Source: Octopus sinensis (Eukaryota). From it: a stretch of DNA of 64,000 bases. Below are positions 53,086-64,000 of this stretch, piece by piece. The notes below the pieces were generated by a model. That model ran no database searches. It worked only from the letters and a program-made list of their open reading frames with translations, and was not told where the DNA came from. How positions within the stretch are numbered: position 1 is the stretch's first letter; each line of letters opens with the position of its first letter. The stretch lies in contig NC_043009.1 in assembly GCF_006345805.1 (NCBI RefSeq), forward strand, positions 62,001 through 126,000, written 5' to 3'. Both the position numbers and the translations under genes were made by a program.

Positions 53086-54271
53086 AAAGGAAGCAACAGA
53101 AAGTAACAACCACACTCTTACCCGCGTGTAGAGCGTGTCACCTTCAGCTAGTATATATATATACATATTTACGACGGGCTTCTTTCAGTTTTCTGTCTAT
53201 CAAATTCACTCACAAGGCTTTGGTCAGCCCGAGGCTAAAGTAGAAGACACTTGCCCAAGGTGTCACGCAGTGGGACTGAACCTGGAACCATATGGTTGGT
53301 AAGCAAGCTACTTACCACACAGCCACATTCAAATTTTAACTAAGAGTCGATGTTAACCTTATTTTTTTTGTTTTGTTTAGTTGGAAAAGGAGACATATAT
53401 GGTTAAATTTGGATGGAAATATAAACGCACATTACAATGTCTTGGAGTTGTGTTTTTAATTAAGGCGCCGAGATTAATGCAATTCAGCATGTGAAAACAT
53501 TTAATGCTTATAACAAATTTGTAGAGGCGCCGAACAGCCAGAATCGTCAGACCGTCGGATAAAATACTTCGCAGTAAGTGCTCCAGTGCCTTGACGAGGT
53601 CAGCTGTGTCTTTCATCATTTTGGGGTTGATAAAGAAAGTAGCGTTTCAGGGCTTGACAGAATTACTAAAGTGTCAGACGAAGATACTTTGTAATATCTT
53701 TTCCGCTTCTTTGCGTTACGAGCTCAAATTCCCCATGTTACTGGGGGTCCCATCAATTGTAAGCATCAAAGATAAAAAGAATGAATGAAAGAAAGAAAGA
53801 GACTGCCTTTGAAACTCTAATAAACATGCAAGTGGAAATTCGCTACTAAGCGAGTGAAAAGTAGGAGAAATCTACAGAGGAAGAACTCCAGTCAGGCAAG
53901 TGCTTCGGTCCGTTCGTTCCTAACACTCTTAGAAAGCAGGGTCCACCTCGGTAAAGACCCCCGGATATCCTTCTGCTTCGGGTGATCTTATCGCTGGGCG
54001 TTTTCTTCTAAGTATGTGTTGGGGCTTGTAGTATTCCTTTTCAGCTCCAACATTCACTTTTCTTCGCTTATAGCTATATTGGCGTGTGTTCATAAAGACA
54101 CTGTGCATCCGAAGAATGCGCCAGAGCTTTTTCAATATATTTATATGCTTAAAACAACTACACCAGTTGTCCAACACTTCGCCCATGTAACATAAAGAGG
54201 CCGTAGGTTCACACCAATATTACGTTTTAGTTTGTAAATAACATAATGGCACTTGTATTCTCTCTATGCAG

Positions 54272-54331
54272 GATTGGCTATCGGTTCCTCCGGGAGAGAC
54301 TTTTACACCCTTCAATAGGGTCTATTTCCCG
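54272..54331 (+). CDS. Candidate 60-nt symmetric exon of an unidentified gene
   Basis: Acceptor ttgtattctctctatgcag| and donor ccg|gtgagt; open in two frames (DWLSVPPGETFTPFNRVYFP or IGYRFLRERLLHPSIGSIS). Confidence 0.3.
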
Positions 54332-56213
54332 GTGAGTTAGATATAAAACCTGCTGAAAGACGGAGGGTCGGTGACTAAACCGACCTCCTGTTACAGTAAG
54401 GCGGATGGAGGTACCGACTATATTACACTAACTATCCAATAATAAACACTGGAATTTAAAAACTCCAAAATTATATACATTCCGTGAAATATGCAACCAG
54501 TAATGGAGATAGCAGGGCCCTTATACTGTTTACGTTACATACATACATACATACATACGCACATACGTGCATGCATACACCAGGTGGTGATATTAAGTTA
54601 GACATGGCCTGGGCATATACTGGTGGAAACCTATCTAAGTTATATATATGAATGCATGGCTATTCGACTGGCTTTCATACAGCTTCCGTCTACCAAATTC
54701 ACTCACAAAACCTCGATCAGCTCCGGTTGCTATAGGAGAAGACATTTGGTCAAGAGGCTGCACCACGCATTGGATTTTCATTTTCCATTGGTACTGAGGG
54801 AAAAACCTCAACTCCAATAGCTAAACTCCAAGTTGTTCTCGGTAGGATTCGAACTCATAGCACAGAAGGCCTCAACGAATGCGACGAAGCATTATAACTG
54901 GCGCTCTAACGATTCTGCCAATTTGCTGTCTTGCTTTGCCTCGCAAATTTCCAAACTGGCTTTTAAAGATTATCGAAATTTTTGTTTACATATTAATTCT
55001 TCCCATTATTGATTTTTCCTTTTGCTTTGAGACAAAAGGAAAAAGAAATCTCATTTATTGGATAGGCCCCTGTATATTACTGATACTTATTTTATCGCTT
55101 CAAGTGCGATGAAAAAATGAAGTTGACCGCGATGATAATGGTGTTTCGAATATACAGTGATAACGGAACCAAATTCTGGAATACTTTTGCTTCGGCGCCC
55201 TACTGTATCTGGCAATTCATTTCAACATATAAATGTTTGATATACGAAATATTTACACGAACGGGAAAATATATTTATAAAGAATTTGAACTCACTGGCA
55301 TAAGGCTTTTCTGTTGCCCATGGCTCTATGGCTGTTTCGACCGAAATCCTTCACACATCTGCCTGCTTTTGACAACGTACAACTTCCTGACGTCGATGTC
55401 ACTGGAGAAAAGAAAAGAAAGATATAATTACTAGACAGGTATAACTGGTATCAAGTACTTAGACATCGACCCCTAAACAGTATCAGTTTGAAAAAGATTG
55501 ATTTTTAATTGGTGAATGATTTTAAATAGATTTTTAATAAATGAGTGATAGGACACATAACCACGCAGACCTTTTTAGAATGGTGACATACTAACACTAG
55601 TGGGGTAGTGTCTATCACTGTCATCTTGTCTTTTATCTTTTACTTCTTTCGGTCATTGGATGCGACCATGCTGGGGCACCAGGTTCAAGGTATTATCAAA
55701 CAAATCGACAGCAGTACTTAATTTTTAGTATGGTGATTATTCTATTGGACGTATTTGCTGAACTGCTATGTTACGTGGACGTAAACAAACAAACAGCGAT
55801 TGTCAGGCGATTGATGGGGGAGACAAAGACAAAGATACCCGCAGACATATGTACGTGGTGAGAAAATACAGGGGTATCAGTTAATTATGATTGTATTCAA
55901 CATATTCCCCTCTCAGATTCAAACACTTATTGCAGCGGTCTTTCAGTTTTTCTTATCCCTGTAAATGAAAAGAGTATGAGAAAGACGAAGAAACAGATAG
56001 ACAGGAAGAAAGGAACAGTGAATAGGACGATAACAGCTTATAGTCTCGGAATGACTAGGAAAAAGTTATGCCTTCCTCTCTGCCTGACTTTCTTCTTTCT
56101 TTTTCCTTCATTCTCTGCTTTCCTTCAGACTTCATTTCAATCTTTATTTCATTCTTTCTTTCCCTCTCGCTTTCATTCCCACATTTTTCTTCTTTATATA
56201 TACACACACACAC

Positions 56214-56465
56214 TGTGGTGTTTGGTGAAAGAGTGTGACGGATAGGGGAGAGCGGAAGTAGGGCTTGCAGGGCGCATGCGCCGCAGGAAGCGGAAGTGAC
56301 AGGCAGAACGCACGTGTGGATTTGACCAGTTGCGGCAGACACGACGAAGGCACCAGACGATCGAGTTGGCTAAAAGTGATCCGAGTTCATCTCCGACGAG
56401 GTAAGACCCAATTACATTTCCATTCTCCCCTTTTCTGTCGTACTCTTTTCACCGTTCACACTACA
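56214..56465 (+). repeat. 5' LTR (252 bp)
   Basis: Identical to the 3' LTR except one C/T (ctcccctttt vs ctcccttttt). Confidence 0.97.
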
Positions 56466-56477
56466 AGCTATTTCGGC
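56466..56477 (+). promoter_or_regulatory. Atypical primer-binding site complementary to nt 1-12 of tRNA-Phe(GAA)
   Basis: agctatttcggc is the reverse complement of GCCGAAAUAGCU and directly abuts the LTR CA; there is no TGG-type PBS. Confidence 0.75.
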
Positions 56478-56513
56478 AAATAAACACTCGGTTTTATAAA
56501 AATAGAAAAAATT

Positions 56514-57234
56514 ATGCAGAGTGCTCTGGTTTCGCGCGAACCTATAACGCCGTTTTGCGGCGACACTGATGTGGTCGCTTGGTTGAAGAGAGTGAAGTTG
56601 GTGGCGAAGCTCCATGGTATAGGTGACCTAGCGAGCTTCATGCCGTTGTATTTGGATGGCCCGGCGTTGGCGTTATATTTAGAGATGGAGGAGACGGACC
56701 AACTTAGCGCAGATAAAGTAGAAATCCGACTGATGGAGGCCTTTGCGGAAGGAATGTTCGAGACATACGCTCGCCTGGGTAGAATGAGATGGACTGGGCA
56801 ACAGGTGGACGTATTTGCCAATGAGCTTAGAAGACTGGCTAAATTAGCGGGTTATGAGGGAGAGTCGCTAGAACGGACGGTTAGGTTAGCGTTCGTGACC
56901 GGCTTTCCCGACATCATGTCGGTCGAGCTACAGAAGCTCCCGAACGTGCGTTCGATGCCGATGGCCGACATCATATCTCGGGCACGTGTACTGGTTTGGT
57001 GCAGCAGGATGACGTCGGTAGCAGCGACTGCAACGTCGAAAAGTGGCCCAGCTAGGAGCAGCGGAGAGGGGCTGAGGAAAGAACGTGTGCGACCGTTCAA
57101 AGGACAGTGTTTCCGGTGCCAAGCCTGAGGTGATTTGCTACCGGTGTCGAGAGCCAGGGCATGTAGCCAGCGAGTGTCTGCGGGGAAACGGGCCGCGGGA
57201 GACTACTGCGCCGGTAGTTGTCCCTTTGGATTAG
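56514..57234 (+). pseudogene. gag: Gag, frameshifted by a probable deletion in the first zinc knuckle
   Basis: ORF 56514-57128 ends CFRCQA*; an intact knuckle CYRCREPGHVASEC follows in another frame (57136-57177), ending at TAG 57232-57234. Confidence 0.85.
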
Positions 57235-57244
57235 TAGCGGCGCG
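57183..57244 (+). promoter_or_regulatory. -1 programmed ribosomal frameshift signal (G GGA AAC plus a predicted pseudoknot)
   Basis: The heptamer at 57183-57189 is in the gag frame and pol is in the -1 frame; 7-nt spacer; stem gggagactac/gtagttgtccc; loop tgcgccg is complementary to cggcgcg at 57238-57244. Confidence 0.8.
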
Positions 57245-60093
57245 TTTATCATCGCTACCTGTGGTCGACATTCTGGTGAAGGGGAAGATGTCGCGAGCCC
57301 TGGTGGACACGGGCTGTACAACGACCCTGATGACTACAGAAGTGGCAGAGACGTGGAGTGGAGGAAGCAGTGTTAGGGCAGTCGACGGAAGAGAAGTACA
57401 CTGCGAAGGAGTTACGGATGCGCAGATTGTGGTGCAGGGACTACAGCTGACGTGAGCAATTGTGGTTGGTCACTTAGTGGGCGAGATTGACGTGGTGATG
57501 GGGATGGATGCAATCACCCGCTTGGGAGGTGTTACCGTCAACGAGGCTGGCGTAACGTTTGGGTTAGCGGGGAAACCGTGTAGGGCGAGACCGTGCACCG
57601 ACGACAACCGTGAGGAAAAGGATGCGGCGCACACCATTGAAGACCAGGATTTTCGGGCTGTCTTTGATGGCAAGAGGTGGACAGTGGAGTGGCACTGGAA
57701 GGGAGATCCCCCGATGTTAAAGAATAAAGTGGGCTGCTATCAGCATACTCTAAAAGGAGATGCCAGAAGTGAGTTCGAGGGGGAGGTGGAGCGGTGGATT
57801 AAGGAGGGCATACTGATCCCTTGGGAAAAAGAAGAGAGCGGAGTTCTGCCACTGATGGCGGTGATACAGCCCACAAAGCATAAGGTCAGGCCAGTGCTTG
57901 ACTTCCGAGGGCTGAATGACCACGTGTCGTGTCATACAGGCGGCGAGGCCACGGATGTCTGCGGAGACACCTTGCGAGAGTGGAGGCAGACGACGGGGGC
58001 CTCCACGATTGTTGATTTGAAGTCGGCATACCTACAGGTGCATGTGGCTGAGAAATTATGGAAGTACCAGCTCGTCAGGTATAGGGGCCGGACGTACTGT
58101 CTGACCAGGTTGGGATTCGGGCTGAATTCAGCGCCGAAGATTATGGCAACAATTCTCAAGGCCATCCTGAGGAAGGTGGACAGAGTAAAAAGGGCCACCA
58201 ATTCATACATCGATGACATTCTGGTGGATGAAACCGTGATACCAGCAACGGAGGTCATAGGCCACCTGAAGAGTTTTGGACTGATCGCCAAGCCGCCAGA
58301 GGCTATGGAGGGAGGTGCTGCACTGGGCCTCAAGCTATGGAGAGACAAGGCTGGCGCCTTGGTGTTCCGGCGAGGGAATGAGGTCCCTGAACTGGGCGCC
58401 AGCATGAGTAGACGGGAATTGTTCTCTGTGTGTGGGAAGCTGGTGGGACACTACCCGATTGCAGGCTGGCTCCGGACAGCATGTAGCTTCATCAATAGAC
58501 GAGCCGAAGGAGTGAAGTGGAATGATAAAGTGGGGGAGAGGACGATCGACATGATGCAGGAAGTCTTGGTCAGAGTAGGAGCAGAGGACCCAGTGAGGAG
58601 CAGCTGGTATGTTCCCAAATCAAAGAGCGGGATCGTATGGTGTGACGCCAGTAGCATCGCAATAGGGGTTGTCTTGGAAGTGGGAGGTGTCACGGTGGAA
58701 GATGCAGCCTGGCTCAGGAAGATGGATGACTGCAATCATATCAACGTGGCGGAGTTGGATGCCGTGCTGAAGGGGGTGAACCTAGCCTTGAAGTGGGGGT
58801 TGCACACCATAGCAATCAGGACTGATTCGGCCACTGTGTTTGGTTGGGCGACAGCAGTCATCACCGATGAGCGGAGGGTGCGGACCAAAGGGGCTGCAGA
58901 GATGCTGGTAAAGCGTCGATTAGGAATACTGCGTGAACTAACCACTGAGTTCAATCTGAAGCTGAGCGTGATCTTTGTGCCTTCCGAGAAGAACAGGGCA
59001 GATGTCCTGACCAGGGTAAAGCGAGCCTGGTTGCAGGTGCCAGAGGATGCGAAGCAGGCTGTAGCTGCAGTATGCCGTCTGAGCGACTCGGAGTTACGGA
59101 GACTGCACACCATGCATCACATGGGTGTGGACAGGACATTGTTCCTAGCCAGAAAAGTTGATACCGACGTAACAAGACAGAGCGTGCAAAGAGTGGTTAG
59201 CAGTTGTGACAGGTGCCAGTCCATCGACCCTGCTCCGGTCGTGCATGAAGCGGGAAGTATTCCAGTGGACCAGGACTGGAAACGACTGGCGGTGGACATA
59301 ACACACTACCGGCAGGGGACATACCTCTCAAATGGTTGACTGCGGACCGGGGCGGTTGGCCATATGGAGGGAGATGAAGTCGGGGACCGCAGAAGAAATT
59401 GTGAAAGTGTTGAATGAGATATTCCTGGAACGAGGCCCCGTGGATGAACTGCTTCTGGACAACGGCACTACATTTCGCTCGGATGTGCTGAGAGAAATGC
59501 TTGATGAGTGGAAGGTCAACCGCTTCTTCAGGGCGGCATACCGGCCAAGTGGAAACGGGGTGGTGGAAAGGCATCATCGTACCATCAAGGCCATGGCAGA
59601 GAGGGGTCACATTTCACCAGTCGAGGCCGTGTTTTGGTACAATATGTTGCCCAGATCAGGACAGGCTGAGGAGTCGGTGCCACACAGGGCAATATTCAGG
59701 TACGAGTGGAGGCATCCGTGTACTACATCAATGCGACCCGGGGCAGAGGAAGAGCACGCCTTCGTGCAGGTCGGGGAGGAAGTCTGGGTAAAACCCCCAA
59801 ACGCACGGAGTACATCGCAATGGGGAAAGGGGACAATAACCTCTGTAAATTCAAAGAATAACATCTCGGTCGATGGTATGCCACGCCACGTTTTGGACAT
59901 ACGGAGGATTGTCCATGCCCCAGAGGATGGGACCAGCAGCAGTGGGCAAAACGAAAACAACAGACAGGATGACGAGGTCGGCAGCAACACACCAGGAACA
60001 AGTCCTAGGGTCGCACTGCGACCACTGAGGGAGCGGCACCCTCCTCCCTGGTTGGCTGATTATGAAACCAGTTTCAGGTGCGGGAGCGAGTGA
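57187..60093 (+). pseudogene. pol: Pol: aspartic protease, RT, RNase H, integrase (one stop, one frameshift)
   Basis: ALVDTGC; KVRPVLDFRGLN, VDLKSAYLQV, GFGLNSAP, YIDD; CDAS..HINVAEL..TDS; HHCC (H..HHMG..CDRC), AVDIT, LLDNG, GNGVVERHHRTIK. Premature TGA at 57453-57455; frameshift near 59330. Confidence 0.92.
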
Positions 60094-60129
60094 GGAAGCC
60101 GGTTCAGTGATCTGTAGATCTGGGGGGCG

Positions 60130-60381
60130 TGTGGTGTTTGGTGAAAGAGTGTGACGGATAGGGGAGAGCGGAAGTAGGGCTTGCAGGGCGCATGCGCCGC
60201 AGGAAGCGGAAGTGACAGGCAGAACGCACGTGTGGATTTGACCAGTTGCGGCAGACACGACGAAGGCACCAGACGATCGAGTTGGCTAAAAGTGATCCGA
60301 GTTCATCTCCGACGAGGTAAGACCCAATTACATTTCCATTCTCCCTTTTTCTGTCGTACTCTTTTCACCGTTCACACTACA
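60130..60381 (+). repeat. 3' LTR (252 bp)
   Basis: See the 5' LTR; preceded by tggggggcg. Confidence 0.97.
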
Positions 60382-60948
60382 CACACAAACAAATTTTCTC
60401 GAAACTTTTACGAACATCTAAATCTGTACTTAGAATAAAAAGAAATAAAATATATAAAGTTTTTGTTGTTGCTTAATGAAAGGCCGGTCCTAACTGAGTC
60501 AGACACATGATCAAAAGCAATACAGCTGTGACCATCCTATTATGCAAAGAAGAAATTTGGCTTCTACCACGTCGATCGACCACGTAGCATCACCCTCTAT
60601 ATTTGTTCTATTAACTTTTGTCGTTATTTATTGAAAAGCCACTCCTGAGTTAGACCTATGAACAAAGGCAGCTGTGAAAATCCCACGATGGAAATTTGAA
60701 TTCTATACAAAGTAAGATGACGACAATTTTAAAATGCGCACGCACACACACACATGCACACAAACGCTCGCACACAAACACACACACACACACACGCACA
60801 CAAAGGTGTTCTCACACGAACATGTTTGTTAAACTAGGAAAAAAAACGGAATGAGTGCTATAAAAACAGAATACATGTAACACAAAAGACCATGAACTTT
60901 ATACTATACAGAGCGTGAGAGACGGTGGGACAGCGAGAGAGAGAGTAT

Positions 60949-63900
60949 GTCTTTATTCACCATAAGGTTGAGAAAAAGAGGGGACAAAACAAACGTTGGG
61001 GTCAGGGTATCGAATGAGACGAAACGTATGAATAAACAAACAATTAAAATATATACAATTAAATGAGAATGAGTGAATAGCAAAAAATGAAGCGGAGGAC
61101 GCGGTCGACCCCATGAACCACATACTCACACTGAAGACTTTGCTTTCTCCGTTTTCACATTCTTGATTAAACAGGTTCTTTCACTCGCAACATACTTGCT
61201 ATAGACTTCGATCTTTTACGAAACGCACTTTGCGATAGGTATTTCTTCTCCAGCCTTATTTTCCGTTTCATGTGGAAAACAAAAAAGTCGATTAGCTCGA
61301 GACTGGAGATAAACATGCCTGTTGCAATTCCTTTTACTCTCGTCTTCCATACTACTTCTTTCGCCATAGCAACTACCGAGAGAAAACAGGCTCGCTCCTC
61401 CCTATTCAGGGAGGTCGGCGGAACTATCTTAATTATAGATTCGCTCGACAGTTGTACTCTTCTCGAATGCGACAGTAGGTGTTCGACATAAGCCCAGAGT
61501 TCAGTCACCTTGGGGCATTGCACAATTGCGTGCAGGACAGTTTCACTGTCCCTCTCACATCTTGCACAAACCAGCGAAGGTGCACACCCATGTCTAAAGA
61601 GCTTATCTCGAACCGGTAAAGCTCCTCTGTAACATTGCCAGGCCAGGGACTTTTGGTAATTATCCATAGGCCCCGGACCGAAAGTTCTTTGGAACAGGCT
61701 GGCCAGTTGATTTTCGTCGAAGCCCAGGGTTTCTCCCAAGACGTCATCACACTTAAACTCTACAAACCCTCTATAGAAGAACGAGGTAGTACCCCCGCCA
61801 CCGGCATTGCCCGACTGGGAGAGAAGCACGAGTGTCTGATGGCACTCTACATGCCACACGCCCAACCTCGGTCTACAGTTGATCCATGGGTTCAGTTCGT
61901 TAAACGATGTGAAGTGTGGAAATAACAGCTTGACGAACGGAGACCACACCTGCTCACCGTCCAGGTAAAGCCAGAAGTGCCTAAGCCTGAGCGCATGTCT
62001 GCGCATTTTTAGCCACGGCATCCCTAACCCACCCTTCAGCGGCTTTTGGTAGCAAATAGAGCGCCTTACAAGAGGTCTGCTGCCCCTCCACAAAAAGCGA
62101 AAGAGCATGCGTTCCAGTTTGTTCAGCCACGAATCGGGGCAAGGCACGACGGTCAGGCAGTAAGTGATTACAGAGGCGATAAACACCTCTGCAACCTCCG
62201 CCCTCCCTTTCAAGGACAGCTTCCGCTCAGACCATGTCTGAGTTAGGATAGCCACCTTTCTCGCCACCTCGCTCCAGTTCTTCTCTATCTGGAGATCTGG
62301 ACCTAACCAGATTCCAAGCATTTTCACCGGTCCTTCCGTCCAACGTCCTACGACGCTGTCGGAAGACATCGACTTGCCCCTCCAGGTGCCGAGTTGCAAG
62401 CCGACCGATTTATCCCGGTTGACTTTCGCTCCTGCCACCGCTTCGTAGTCCCTTAAGGCCTCACCCACCCACTGTAGGTGCTCGACTCGGGAAACGATGA
62501 CGGTGATGTCGTCCGCATACACCGAAGCTGACTTTCCGCACCCTAGATCTTGCGGAGTGCCTCTCATAGTTTCCAACCTCCTCAGCAACGGCTCGAGGGC
62601 CAAAACGTAGAGAAGCGGGGAGAGAGGACACCCTTGACGTACCGAACGTTCAATGCTGAACGGCTCCGAAAAGAAACCATTCACCCGAACCACCGATTCG
62701 ATGTTGCTGTATAAAGCGTTGATCCATCCGCGAAAGGTCGGGCCGAAGCCAGCCGCCGTGAGGACCGCCGCCAGATACAGATGGTCCACCCTATCGAACG
62801 CTTTCGATTGGTCCAAGTGGACCATAGCCCCACCCTTGCCAGGAATCCTATTTACCCTTTCTAAGGCATAGCGTAGAAAGTGGAGATTGTCGTGGATGGT
62901 CCTTCAAGGGATAGCACAAGTTTGCGGCTCGCCAACAAGTTCACCCACGACCCGCGCCAAACTTTTTGCTAAGACCTTGGCCAAAATCATCAACTCTGCG
63001 TTAAGCACAGTGATGGGCCGAAAATTATCAATTAAATCTGCCTTGTTTGGGTCCTTTCTTAACAGCGATACCTCCCCTCGGCTCACAGACTTAGGAATTC
63101 TCCCGTTCTGCTGCCAGTTGGTGTACACGCATGCAAGTAGGTGCCCAAACAAGTCTGGCATGCTACTATAGAGCTCGTAAGGCAGACCATCGAGTCCCGG
63201 CGATTTGTCCCCGCTGCAGTCTGCCAACACATCCTCGACTTCTTTGACTGTGATCGGCGCCTCACAAGATTCCGCGTCCGACCTCGATAGACGCGGCGAA
63301 CCGGCTAGGAAGTCTGCGAACTTCTCCCCGCGCTCCTCCCGAATAGCTGGGCGAAATGATCGTGAAACACCTTGCACATCTCCTCGGGTTCGTTTACTAA
63401 TCGACCATTTGGGCCCGTCAAAGATCGAATGGTTGAGTTGTTGCCACGCTGGCCCTCTACCACCCGGGGCCATCCGGCTGCGTTGATCCCTTCCTGTCTC
63501 ATTGCACGGATCTTAGCCCTGACAATGTACCCTTCATGTTTAGCTTTGAGATGTTGGTCGAGTGCCAACCTCACCGCTAACACTTTCGATGCACTGCCTG
63601 ACCTCATTGCCTCATCTATTGCCTTAACTAGTTCCTTTTCTACTTTGTTTCTAGCACTAGCTAAGTTCTTTGCTAAACCAAATTGACTCAAATTTGATGG
63701 CTCTTTTCAGGGCGTACCACCATTTGTTGTTGATAGTGGATCCGGTTAACGTCCTCATTACTAATTGTTTAATCCGATTACTATAGGCTTCACAGTCCAA
63801 TAGTGACTTCTTTAGCTTCCAGTAACCGGTACCTCGTCTACACATGCTATCTATGTCGAGCGTACAGGTCACTAATTTGTGATCGCTGTAGCTGACGATA

Positions 63901-64000
63901 TGGTGTTGTGGACAGCAAAGTATTTTCTTATCTTTCCTTCTAGTTATGATTCTATCTATGTAAGATCTGGACGACCCGTCGTTTCTTGCCCAGGTCCACG
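60949..64000 (-). mobile_element. Third Tx1-like LINE (related but distinct family), running off the window end
   Basis: Minus ORFs 63657-63872, 63305-63691, 62904-63473 and 61167-62825: GTGYWKL, KSPGLDGLPYE, DQSKAFDRV, QGCPLSP, YADD, CARC..ETVLHAIVQC. The 3' UTR ends aataaagac followed by a short (CT)n. Confidence 0.92.

Larger units (their letters stand above)
56214..60381 (+). mobile_element. Full-length Ty3/gypsy-like LTR retrotransposon (4168 bp), young but ORF-defective
   Basis: TG...CA LTRs at 56214-56465 and 60130-60381; domain order gag-PR-RT-RH-IN; flanks cacac|...|cacac; G-rich PPT at 60121-60129; no env or chromodomain seen. Confidence 0.95.

Noticed and set aside
53525-53573. 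AG…GTAAGT-bounded 49-nt apparent exon
   Set aside because: The sequence is a degenerate family B-type SINE head and the acceptor has a poor pyrimidine tract.
53929-54186. 85-aa minus-strand ORF (LWRILRMH…HILRR)
   Set aside because: Only a faint resemblance to an RTE C-terminus; not enough for a call.

Overview
AT-rich, microsatellite-dense eukaryotic DNA made almost entirely of transposable elements. The tRNA-derived SINE families look like those of Octopus (inference from recognition, not a database search). No host protein-coding gene could be established; two isolated exon candidates are noted. Main contents: a young full-length LTR retrotransposon (56214-60381; 252-bp LTRs differing at 1 base; gag, PR-RT-RH-IN); three Tx1-like (L1-clade) LINE copies sitting in microsatellites; two R4/Dong-like REL-endonuclease LINE fragments beside (TAA)n; an RTE LINE relic; decayed Tc1/mariner (DD37D maT, two mariners), pogo/Tigger, piggyBac and Helitron elements; several MITEs; many SINEs; and several local inverted or tandem duplications. 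Most notable: (1) the LTR element's primer-binding site is complementary to the first 12 nt at the 5' end of tRNA-Phe rather than a tRNA 3'-CCA end, and the element also has a DIRS-like RNase H and a -1 frameshift heptamer with a pseudoknot; (2) three hammerhead-ribozyme-like motifs lie within 2 kb, two of them in the arms of a 2-kb AT-rich foldback; (3) Tx1 LINEs appear to target (ATCT)n/(GATA)n; (4) an 887-bp near-perfect palindrome has a loopless centre. All alignments were done by eye, so coordinates may be off by a few bases where ends are degenerate.
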